A DNA stretch of 64,000 nucleotides from an uncultured Bacteroidales bacterium (lineage in GTDB: Bacteria; Bacteroidota; Bacteroidia; Bacteroidales; UBA10428). Each line of letters begins with the position of its first letter. Position 1 is the stretch's first letter. The notes below the pieces were generated by a model. It did not search any database. It was not told the origin of the DNA and was given only the letters and a program-made list of their open reading frames with translations. Positions 50,769 to 59,635 of this stretch are shown here, piece after piece. The DNA lies in the NCBI GenBank assembly GCA_964406315.1, contig CAYORG010000007.1:19245-83244 (forward strand), written 5' to 3'. The position numbers were made by a program, and so were the translations under genes.

Positions 50769-50993
50769 TTAATAATGATTTTTTAATATCCGGGGAATAA
50801 GGCACTCCCATGCCGGGGGTGACCGGTGAGCAGGATCTTCGTGCAGTAATGCATTAAGTATTGTAGTTCCTGTACGCGGCATACCGATGATGAAGGTGAG
50901 TTCTCTGATTTCTGCGTGCTCAATTTTTGGATTTTCGGTAAGCACCTGTTCAACTTTTTCAGCAAGCTCATTTCTTGTATTCTCTATGTTCAT
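50769..50993 (-). pseudogene. N-terminal remnant of a sulfotransferase gene
   Basis: The 74-aa ORF contains the 5'-PSB P-loop of sulfotransferases (IIGMPRTGTTILNALL..DP..RSP) and then stops. Intact family members are several-fold longer. It abuts the helicase gene end. Confidence 0.55.
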
Positions 50994-51369
50994 TTTCAGC
51001 TATAACATTATTATATAATAATCCGGACTGCATAAAAATAAGTTTTTCCCTCTTACGAATGTACCAGGGTGAACAAGAACTTCGTTTTTGATTGTATGGG
51101 TAGAATACATTTAGCTTGATTAGACAACTTATAGGATAATGCTGTTTGTCTATATAAATTATTCGTTAAAATTATACATTGTAAATCCGGATTAATGTTG
51201 TTTTCACCCACTGAAAGTTGAATTCCAGTATTTGAATTAGAAATTAAGTGTTTTTTCTTGATTTATGAATTTCAGCTTTGTATTTTTGCTAATATACTGT
51301 AATTCAATTTATTTAATGTATGTCTAATGAATAATATACTGCAATATTTTAATTTGATAAGTAGTTGCA

Positions 51370-51753
51370 ATGAAAAATCGGATGAATGACAGGATATCAA
51401 TAAATAAAGGTGAGAATTATGTGCATTCCTATGTCTATGCTTCCATCTCAATGGATATATTGGCTGAGCTGATGATAAAAACATCAGAAAAAGGTAAGGA
51501 GTGGGGTTTTAACAGATACCTTGTTGATTTCAGAGGTGCAGAAAAAATATTGGGTGTGCTGGATGACTACAATGTTGCCTATGTAAAGGCTAAGGAATTC
51601 GGATTAAAGCCCGGAGGTACCAGACATGCTCTGATAGTCAGACATGAAGATATCGATGAATTCGGTTTTGTTGAAACAGTTTTTCAGAATGCCGGATACA
51701 TTTTAAAAATATTTACTGAAGAGGATGCGGCAATCAGGTGGATAAAAAAATAA
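51370..51753 (+). CDS. hypothetical protein
   Basis: 127-aa ORF with non-repetitive composition. No domain confidently recognised. Confidence 0.4.
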   Translation: MKNRMNDRISINKGENYVHSYVYASISMDILAELMIKTSEKGKEWGFNRYLVDFRGAEKILGVLDDYNVAYVKAKEFGLKPGGTRHALIVRHEDIDEFGFVETVFQNAGYILKIFTEEDAAIRWIKK

Positions 51754-51969
51754 GAAGAAATGGATTGAATTCCACAGGATGAAACCTACCGTGAAATGGT
51801 TCTGTTATGTCTACTTCTGAAATACTGTGTATTGTGTTTTTCTGCTTTGTAACAGATGCTGAAGCATGAACTGCCCGCCGATTAAAACTTAGTGGGATAC
51901 TTTTATATCCATTTTTTGCTTTCATTCCTCCAAATCGGGAATAACAATATTTACCTTTTTGCAAAGTAA

Positions 51970-52818
51970 TTAAGTTATTCCAAATTTTTTATGTTTGCTT
52001 CTCAATTGATTGCTCACTTTATCAAAATCTTGTTCTTTGCTAAATTCAACCATCAAATGTCCGTCAACCAAAATTTTAGGATTTATTGAAAGGTGAAAGA
52101 TATCTTTATAAACCCTCTTCCTGGTTTCAAAATCAAAGTCTTTATTTTTCATCATGTTCTTTCTGTAGGTAATCCAGTTTGAGATTAATATGAAGGGATA
52201 GAAAAAAGGCAATAAAATTAAAGAAGTTGATTTTATACGGGTAAAATGCAACTTTAAAATTTTAAATCCTGATAATTTGGCCAGAACCCTTAACTTTTGA
52301 ATACCGATAAGAAATATATGACCAAAGTAAATTTCACTGGTAATATCCTGTTTAGACATCCATATACTATCGAGTTCATTTGGTGGCATGAATGAATTGA
52401 ATCTTTCGCTCTCAGAAAGCAAATAGCTTAACTTCGAACGGATGTTTGAATAATTGGGTGTCGTCACCAATAAAACTCCATTTTGTTTGAGAACTCTGTT
52501 AAATTCTTTTAACGCACTGAACTGGTCGCTAAAATGCTCAATGCCTTCCTGGCAAATTAATGCATCGCAGGTTTTATTCTCAACAGGCAATCCTTCCTGA
52601 ATATTGGCTCTGAGGCATTCCAATCCTTCAATTTCAAAATATTCAGGAAATAGATCAAAAGGTTTTGGGTGCGCTCCGATTTCTCTTAATATGCGGGAAG
52701 TAATGCCATTGCCTGCAGGAAAATCAATGACCTTTTTATTTTTATAAAGATCTGCATTTTTAAGCAAATATTTTTTTACATAATACTTGATGCTTTTAGG
52801 ATTGTCTTCATATTTCAT
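51970..52818 (-). CDS. class I SAM-dependent methyltransferase
   Basis: 282 aa with motif I VIDFPAGNGITS, then DALICQEGIEHF and LKQNGVLLVTTPN. Confidence 0.8.
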   Translation of the reverse strand: MKYEDNPKSIKYYVKKYLLKNADLYKNKKVIDFPAGNGITSRILREIGAHPKPFDLFPEYFEIEGLECLRANIQEGLPVENKTCDALICQEGIEHFSDQFSALKEFNRVLKQNGVLLVTTPNYSNIRSKLSYLLSESERFNSFMPPNELDSIWMSKQDITSEIYFGHIFLIGIQKLRVLAKLSGFKILKLHFTRIKSTSLILLPFFYPFILISNWITYRKNMMKNKDFDFETRKRVYKDIFHLSINPKILVDGHLMVEFSKEQDFDKVSNQLRSKHKKFGIT

Positions 52819-53061
52819 TCGAACAAAATTGTATTAAACATCAGATATTCCAATACTTACACCAATTAATTTTTAATCCATACATATAAACTCATGGACC
52901 GCCAATATTTTATTCATCACCTTTTGTGTTTGCGCACTGAAGTGTGAACTTCTGTGTATGAGGGTTTCATGTGGCCCTGCCATCTTTTTTCGGGCAGTAA
53001 GTTAAGCAAATAAAATATAACAGTTTGACATTTATGCCTTGTTGCAAAGTATTGCTCTTTA

Positions 53062-53553
53062 TTAATAGTTGCCCCATTTTACTTTATATGCATGTTGCTT
53101 TTTGAAATCAATATATTCAATATAAGCCTCATCATGAATAAAATATCCATCTACACTAGAAAAGATTGGTTTTACTCTCACTATCACCATATTGGGTTTA
53201 TTCTTCCATCTTTTAATTGCTTCTGGTTGTTTTTGTTTTAGCAATTTTAAAACCCCTCTGTTTTTGTCGGATGTCATCGGGCCTAATATTTCGGCTGTAC
53301 CTTCTATTTCAACTTTATCTTTGCATAAAGAGATCAGATTATTTTTTTCAATTTGAGTACATTTTCTTAAATGTTTCCAGGTAAAGAAATAAATATCCAA
53401 AAGGTCATTTATTATAAAAACAGGTCTTGCCATAACAACATCATTTGCAGATGTTGCTAAAATCATCACTGAATTTTCTTTGCTTTCAAGAAAGGATAAT
53501 AATTTATCCTTTGTTTTTTCATAATCGAGTATTTCTTCTGCAATATTGTTCAT
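53062..53553 (-). CDS. pyridoxamine 5'-phosphate oxidase-like FMN-binding protein
   Basis: 163 aa. The pattern MILATSANDVVMARPV....IYFFT....K..QIEKN and the size fit the PNPOx split-barrel family. Confidence 0.5.
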   Translation of the reverse strand: MNNIAEEILDYEKTKDKLLSFLESKENSVMILATSANDVVMARPVFIINDLLDIYFFTWKHLRKCTQIEKNNLISLCKDKVEIEGTAEILGPMTSDKNRGVLKLLKQKQPEAIKRWKNKPNMVIVRVKPIFSSVDGYFIHDEAYIEYIDFKKQHAYKVKWGNY

Positions 53554-53600
53554 TTTTTATATTGGCAGGGTCATTCTAACAGCTTAAAGGATTGCGTTTT

Positions 53601-54422
53601 TCATGGTTTGTTTTTTTTCATATGTTGGCTTCCAGAGATTCGTTGTTTTATTAGGGTATCAATTTCTTTCAGGCTATTGATTTCAAAATCAGGTTGAAGA
53701 TTTTTCGAATTATTGATTCTGTTTTCCCTGTTTATCCAAATGCATTTTAGTCCGATTTGCTTTGCCCCCTGAATGTCAGTTCCGATACTATCACCAACCA
53801 GGATGGTATTTATTTTATTACTGGTTAGTTCACGAAATGCCTGATGAAATAATCTTGCGTCAGGTTTTCCAATACCATATTCCCCTGAAATTACTATACT
53901 ATCAAAGTAATGTTTTAAATTTCCTCCGTTTATTTTTTTCCATTGAATATCAGGAGCACCATTGGTAATCAGGCCAAGTTTGTATTTATTTTTCAGGCTG
54001 CAAAGGCACGGGACAGTGTCAGAGAATAAAATATGTTTTGTATTTCTCAGTTGTTTAAATTTTTCACTCGCATTTTCGGCAAGATTTGTATCACTGATTC
54101 CAAATTTTGATAAAGCATTCTTCCATGCATTCAGTCTGTAATCTGATGAAAATGTCTTTAACAGTTTCAGGTTTTCATCATCTCCATCAAAATCAGCCCA
54201 TAAAGCTTCCCATGAACTGATGCCAACTTTCAGGCAATAATCTATCGTTGGCAATTTATACCAAAGCAATCTGGCTTCTTCTCTGATTGTCTTGACAAAT
54301 TTTTCTTTATCGATCGCATTGTCAAGATTTGAAATTGTCTCAATGAACGTATTTTTGGCTGAGTTTTGCTCAACGATCAGGGTGTCGTCCAAATCAAATA
54401 GTATGGTTTTTATACTTTCCAT
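53601..54422 (-). CDS. HAD-superfamily hydrolase
   Basis: 273 aa with motif I ILFDLDDTL, motif II GLITNG, and motifs III/IV K...VGDSIGTDIQGA. Confidence 0.85.
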   Translation of the reverse strand: MESIKTILFDLDDTLIVEQNSAKNTFIETISNLDNAIDKEKFVKTIREEARLLWYKLPTIDYCLKVGISSWEALWADFDGDDENLKLLKTFSSDYRLNAWKNALSKFGISDTNLAENASEKFKQLRNTKHILFSDTVPCLCSLKNKYKLGLITNGAPDIQWKKINGGNLKHYFDSIVISGEYGIGKPDARLFHQAFRELTSNKINTILVGDSIGTDIQGAKQIGLKCIWINRENRINNSKNLQPDFEINSLKEIDTLIKQRISGSQHMKKNKP

Positions 54423-54479
54423 GTCGATATACTATGTCGTCCAATGGTCTGTCAGTATGAGCTTGCTGAGATTTTTTAC

Positions 54480-54510
54480 CTGCCGGATCCCGACTTTGTC
54501 GGGAGCAGGA
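54480..54510. repeat. element A-related compound hairpin
   Basis: cctgc-cgga-tcccga-ctttg-tcggga-gcagg. It has the same tcccga/tcggga stem as 18151-18168. Nearby are gagcttgctgag (54459-54470) and ggccaggct. Confidence 0.6.
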
Positions 54511-54619
54511 AGGCCAGGCTACATTCTCAGACACTATGAATGTATTTGGTAAATGTATTTAAATTAAGAAAACTTCCAATAACCGGATTACTTATTGGCT
54601 GATGAGCACCGTATAATTA

Positions 54620-55450
54620 TTATTTGCTTAATCTATAGTAGGGTATTTCTGCACAAGGTTCAAATTCCAGCTTTTGAGCTAAATTATATGAACCGGTATT
54701 TTCCAATCGACATGCCCAGATGGGCTCAAAATCATTTTCAATACAGTAGTCTATCAATGCAGAACATGTATACTGTGCAAATCCTTTACCACGAAATTCT
54801 TTGATGGTCTCAGTCCCTAATTCCAGCTTGTTATCATGTATGAACGCTGAATAGGAAGTTGATGCTAATTTGTTCTCATAAAATAAACTAAAACCAACTC
54901 CATTTTTATCGAAATCATCCGCACTATCCCAAAAATAGAATGGGATAACGCGACCTTCCATTTCTTTAAAGATCTGTTTGTCAGTCCGAATAATCATATA
55001 CCTTGTTGATCTGTATTTCTTCCTGATTTTTAGGTACTTGTCTTGATTGAATTTGAAATTAATCCGTGTATTCAACTCAATTATTCCATATTCTTTATTT
55101 TCAAAATTATCGGACGATTTAATAATACAATCTTTGAATAGTTCATTAAGGACAACATCCCAGTCATTCGGGAAAGCTTGCATCCATTCGTATTTTTCCC
55201 GGATTTTATTTAGGTTTAACGCATAAGCTCTAAAATTATCATTGAATTTCTTATTATGGGAATCGCCAAATAAAAGAGACATACCATAAGGATGGATTAT
55301 ATAATAAGTTTTGGGATTATCGCAATTGTCAACATATACTTTTCCGGATACAGAATGCTCAATTACCGAGCGGGCAAATAAATTATTGATAGTTACCCTG
55401 TTTAATGGTTCAATCAGTTTACTATAATTGCTTTTTTCTAACAGTTTCAT
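54620..55450 (-). CDS. GNAT-family N-acetyltransferase (C-terminal GNAT domain)
   Basis: 276 aa with an acetyl-CoA pocket pattern (EFRGKGFAQYTCSALIDYC) near the C-terminus. Confidence 0.65.
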   Translation of the reverse strand: MKLLEKSNYSKLIEPLNRVTINNLFARSVIEHSVSGKVYVDNCDNPKTYYIIHPYGMSLLFGDSHNKKFNDNFRAYALNLNKIREKYEWMQAFPNDWDVVLNELFKDCIIKSSDNFENKEYGIIELNTRINFKFNQDKYLKIRKKYRSTRYMIIRTDKQIFKEMEGRVIPFYFWDSADDFDKNGVGFSLFYENKLASTSYSAFIHDNKLELGTETIKEFRGKGFAQYTCSALIDYCIENDFEPIWACRLENTGSYNLAQKLEFEPCAEIPYYRLSK

Positions 55451-55653
55451 TATGAATCTTCAATGGTATAGTTTTACACTCAACGGCGCCCATGAATATT
55501 ATCTAAGTCATTGCATTGCAGTGATTTTGAAGGGCAAGATACAAAAAAATGACTTACTGGTTTTTTGACAGGCAAGCTTGGTAAAAGATTTGGAAACGAT
55601 TGATCCATTGTGCCACTTTGCAGTCAATGGATTATACAATATATTGGCAATAG

Positions 55654-56478
55654 TTATTTTCTAAAAACACCCCATTCAACAACCGCAAAACCATCTCTTC
55701 TGATTTTATTTGTTTCAGGTCCTGGTAATTCTTTATATTCAGAGGTGCCAACTACTCCATAAAATAATCTGAATACACGATCAGGTTGAATTGAAAAGTT
55801 CAATTGAATCACTTCATTTATCCGGCTGGTAAACTGCGGATAAATAGCATAATATGGATGATCAACGAACAATGGGATCCAATACTCAATAAAGTCGTTT
55901 ATTTCTTTTTCAGTGAAGTCATAATCTCCCATATTGGTCATAAAAAACTCTTCCAAGGATTCCCTTTTCACACACCATCCTTCTTCATACTGCCATATAT
56001 CAGGTTGTATACTCTCATAAAACAAATAATCGTATGTATGATCAATTCTTCCTGATGGTTCAACAAACACACACCATTCGTTATGATATTCAGGAACTGA
56101 GGTTAAAACCTGTCCTCCCTGGGGAAATTCCAGATTCACACAGACAGTAATATTTTCAGCAGGATATAGATATATATTGGGCTTTTCAACCCGTGTCCAA
56201 TTGACAAAAACGGTATCCGTCATTGTATCATTGCCTGATTCATTTGATGCTGTTAAGCAAACAATGAAAGCACCATCGTCAGTATAATAGTGTACAGGAT
56301 TTTCTTCCGCAGATGTATTGCCATCACCAAAATCCCAAAGGTATGAAGTGGCATTTTGTGAACAATTAGAAAATACAAGATACATCTCCCAAATTGCGTC
56401 TCCCTCATATGTAAAACTAAAACAGGCACTGACATCAGATGAGTATTCTTCATCTTTTTTTTCACATCCGGCAAACAA
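55654..56478 (-). CDS. PKD-domain lipoprotein (signal peptide apparently frameshifted, see findings)
   Basis: PKD signature YLWDFGDGNTSAEENPVHYY. The ORF begins at TTG directly at the lipobox (FAGC). An ATG at 56500 in another frame encodes the missing h-region. Confidence 0.65.
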   Translation of the reverse strand: MFAGCEKKDEEYSSDVSACFSFTYEGDAIWEMYLVFSNCSQNATSYLWDFGDGNTSAEENPVHYYTDDGAFIVCLTASNESGNDTMTDTVFVNWTRVEKPNIYLYPAENITVCVNLEFPQGGQVLTSVPEYHNEWCVFVEPSGRIDHTYDYLFYESIQPDIWQYEEGWCVKRESLEEFFMTNMGDYDFTEKEINDFIEYWIPLFVDHPYYAIYPQFTSRINEVIQLNFSIQPDRVFRLFYGVVGTSEYKELPGPETNKIRRDGFAVVEWGVFRK

Positions 56479-56573
56479 TATGCAGGATTATAATAAACAT
56501 GTGCTGTATCGGTTTTACCAATTGAATTTGAGCTAATGTACTTTACTAAATCTCCATTATCATAGGCAAAGTG

Positions 56574-56993
56574 CTATTTTTTATTGTCTTTTAAATTAAT
56601 AAATAATTCTATTGAACTAATTACTAATAATATTATATCCAGTGTCCAAAGAAATATTAATCCTTTAAGTGGTAAATTTAAACCACCGAATAATAACCAT
56701 AATAAAAGAACTATTCCTCCACAAATATTTATACATATTGCACCAATCAACCCAAGTCCTACAAATCTATTTGTATTATTTCTGTATGCTTCAATTGCAA
56801 GCGCAAAACTAATTCCTATGAGAACTGCACCTAATATATTAGGAAAGAAATAATTCTCAGAAGTTGGTACTCCTAACAAATTAATTATTTTTGGTGAGTA
56901 TGCTAATAGCAATGCCCCTAAAACAAAGTTTATAAAAGCATCAATTAATAAAGTTATTTTTTTATTCATCTTTATAAATTTTATAATATTCAT
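56574..56993 (-). CDS. hypothetical 4-TM membrane protein
   Basis: 139 aa with four hydrophobic segments. An alternative start at 56969 (MNKKITLL) is possible. Confidence 0.5.
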   Translation of the reverse strand: MNIIKFIKMNKKITLLIDAFINFVLGALLLAYSPKIINLLGVPTSENYFFPNILGAVLIGISFALAIEAYRNNTNRFVGLGLIGAICINICGGIVLLLWLLFGGLNLPLKGLIFLWTLDIILLVISSIELFINLKDNKK

Positions 56994-57181
56994 TTAAAAA
57001 TCGATAAAAACTATATCAATATAAATATTTTAATTTCAGCCTACAATTGCTATAAGCATTTTGCCTAACGGTCATTTATATGAAATGTTTGACATTTCAA
57101 AGCGATTTCCTATCAAACCGTTGCAATATTTATTAAATGTACTGACCTTAAATTTAGCACTTTCCGTCAACCGACCCAAGG

Positions 57182-57198
57182 GAGCTCAGCGAAGCTAA
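57182..57198 (-). repeat. element A fragment (17-nt exact inverted match to 15304-15320)
   Basis: gagctcagcgaagctaa is the exact reverse complement of ttagcttcgctgagctc at 15304-15320. Confidence 0.75.
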
Positions 57199-57442
57199 AT
57201 GTTTTATATACGGTGTTGTATGCTGGGCTTTATTCATTATCAGTTAGTTATCATTTTTTAGCAATCATTAATCTGCTCAATCGAAGCACTGCTGTTCCCG
57301 AAAAAATTAGTTTTTAGGGTCGGCAAAAAAGCGTTGGCAGGCAGACAAACTCTTTTGTAATTTTTGGTTGTGTGGTGGTTTGTAATAAATACAAATGTGA
57401 TTGGTTGTGAGCAGTGGCAATTGATATCATATTTACTGAATT

Positions 57443-58918
57443 CTAATTATTATACTGTAGAATCCTTTCTGTTGTCAGTTTTGAGCTTATTATTGCCATT
57501 GGCAAACCTGCTCCTGGTATGGTAGAAGCTCCTACATAAAATGTATTCTTGAATTCTTCATCGTAATTCTTTGGACGGAAAGCACCAATTTGCAGCATAC
57601 TATGCGATAAACCTAAGCACGCTCCTTTATATAAATTAAATTTATTTTGCCAATCTTCAGGAGTGTATTCCATACGAAATACTATACTATCTGAAATATC
57701 TTGCTTTATCCTTTTAGAAAAATCTTGAATAATACTATTAACTATACTATTCTTGTCGGACCAATTGGATTTGAATAATAAATTAGGAACCGGGCAAACA
57801 AAAAACAAAGCCTCGTGGCCTTCGGGTGTACAATCATCATTATGTTTTGAAAGTACATTCACATAATAATAGGGTTTTTCGAGTGTACCCGGGTTTTTCA
57901 TAACATCTTTGGCGTATTCTTCATAATTATAACCTAAAAAATAATTGTGATGCTCTACCTGAGGTAGCTTAGTGTTGACTCCCAGATAAAATGTCAAATA
58001 TCCCATTGTCCAACTCATTTTATTTAGTTTGGCATCCGAATACTTTTTTCGTTTAAAAACACTACCTCTAAATAAAGCAGCATCGGCATTTATAATAAAA
58101 ATATCAGCTGACCATTTTTTGCCTTCCTTATCTACCAAGAAAGTTAATTGTTCGTTCTTATTTTGATAATCGACAATCTCAGAATTAAAATGAAAGGAAA
58201 CATTCAATTTTTTAAGTTCACTTATCAAGCCTTCAACTATTTTGTACATGCCACCTTTTACATTGTAATACCCGTCGTATTTAAACTCGATATGCGAAAG
58301 TAAGGTATAAACAGCATTGGTATCAAAAGGCGTTCTTCCTAAAAAAAATGCAATAAGCGATACAATTTGACGAACTTCCTTTGATTTAAAATATTTGCCC
58401 GCTTGCTGCCAAAAAGTTTTGTATAATACTGAAATGTGTGCAGGATTAACCTGCATTAATGCTTTAAGGTAAGCCGGTAAAGAGTCAAAGTTTTGTTTTA
58501 TAACAATATCAACAGTATCGTTATAAAGTGCTTCACATTTCTTCAAATAGCTTGTGAATTTCTGTTCAAAATCGGGTTCTAAATCAGCGAATTGTTGGTT
58601 TAACCTATTTATGTCTTTATACAAATGAAATTTTTGTTCACTGCCACTAAAATTAACAGTGTATAGTGGGTTAAGCTCAACGAATTCAAAAGGCATTTTA
58701 ATGTCGCAATCTTTTATTAATTCTTCAAACTCATAGGACATACTAAAGAAACTTGGCCCTGTATCAAAAGTAAAGCCATCTTTTTTTATTTGATTCAAGC
58801 GGCCACCCGCTTTTTCATTTTTTTCAACAAAACTCACCTTATAACCTCTCGTTGCCAGTCTCAAACCAGTTGCTAGGCCGCCTAGTCCTGTGCCTACTAT
58901 TAAAACTTCTTTGCTCAC
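57443..58918 (-). CDS. crtI: phytoene desaturase (CrtI family)
   Basis: 491 aa with a GTG start, N-terminal FAD fold VLIVGTGLGGLATGLRL..G..V.FVEKNEKAGGR, and a C-terminal CrtI-type motif (FYVGASTIPGAGLPMA). Confidence 0.88.
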   Translation of the reverse strand: MSKEVLIVGTGLGGLATGLRLATRGYKVSFVEKNEKAGGRLNQIKKDGFTFDTGPSFFSMSYEFEELIKDCDIKMPFEFVELNPLYTVNFSGSEQKFHLYKDINRLNQQFADLEPDFEQKFTSYLKKCEALYNDTVDIVIKQNFDSLPAYLKALMQVNPAHISVLYKTFWQQAGKYFKSKEVRQIVSLIAFFLGRTPFDTNAVYTLLSHIEFKYDGYYNVKGGMYKIVEGLISELKKLNVSFHFNSEIVDYQNKNEQLTFLVDKEGKKWSADIFIINADAALFRGSVFKRKKYSDAKLNKMSWTMGYLTFYLGVNTKLPQVEHHNYFLGYNYEEYAKDVMKNPGTLEKPYYYVNVLSKHNDDCTPEGHEALFFVCPVPNLLFKSNWSDKNSIVNSIIQDFSKRIKQDISDSIVFRMEYTPEDWQNKFNLYKGACLGLSHSMLQIGAFRPKNYDEEFKNTFYVGASTIPGAGLPMAIISSKLTTERILQYNN

Positions 58919-59635
58919 CTTTTTAAATTTTTTAATGTTTTTAGGTATAATTCATTCTTTACCCAATCAAAATCTGGTGTAATATTTAATGCTTTAAGAC
59001 AATAATGTTTTGCCTTTGGAAAATTTTCAATTTCAATATACGAATTTATTAACGTTGCCAAAAGGCTTAAATAATTTCAGTTTTGATTTGTATTTCCTGA
59101 ATTGTTCCCAATTATTTTTAGGCTTTCAGATAATATTTTATAGCCATATTCTTTGAACCACCAAATATGGTAGGCATATTGAACTTAATATTGATAAGTT
59201 ACAAATAACCTAAAAAATTGTTTGTATCGAGATTTATGGATTTTTCTGCGTATTCAATACTTTGCATGCCAATAAATGGTGCTTTAATAGGTAACACTTC
59301 AATTTCATAACCAACAAATGCAGACTTGTAAGCATATAGGTCTGCAGGCTTATATTTTTGATATTCTAAAAATTCCAGATTTTTTTGCTAAATCTAAATA
59401 ATGTTCAGCATTTGCAGTGTTTTTATTTCCAATACACCATGCTATATACACATACTGATAATTCAATAAATTTAGTCTGAGAGTATTTGATTTTTCGTTT
59501 ATACTTTCCAAATTGTCAATCACCATTTTCCATGCGTGCATGGTATTGCTCACATAGGCATTATAGATTGTAGCATCGGTTTGGGCTATAACCTTAACAC
59601 TTACTAGTATTATTAAAACAATGAATATATTCTTC
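58919..59635 (-). pseudogene. decayed gene for a secreted TPR-like protein (at least 4 reading-frame segments)
   Basis: My minus-strand translation gives KNIFIVLIILVSVKVIAQ.. (signal-like, no ATG), ..HAWKMVIDNLESINEKS..YVYIAWCIGNKNTANAEHYLDLAKKSG, then in other frames ADLYAYKSAFVGYEIEVLPIKAPFIGMQSIEYAEKSINLD.., ..AIKYYLKA, and ..IEIENFPKAKHYCLKALNITPDFDWVKNELYLKTLKNLK. These segments are separated by stops. Confidence 0.5.

Noticed and set aside
51734-51964. Calling this ORF a gene (E2-type acyltransferase fragment)
   Set aside because: It has only a TTG start, is 76 aa long, and resembles the family over about 35 residues only. It overlaps the end of ORF 51370..51753. It is kept only as a possible remnant in a finding.
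50757-57442. Genomic island, prophage or integrative element in the low-GC accessory block
   Set aside because: No integrase, transposase, tRNA attachment site, phage structural genes or flanking direct repeats could be found by reading. Only the compositional shift and gene remnants are reported.
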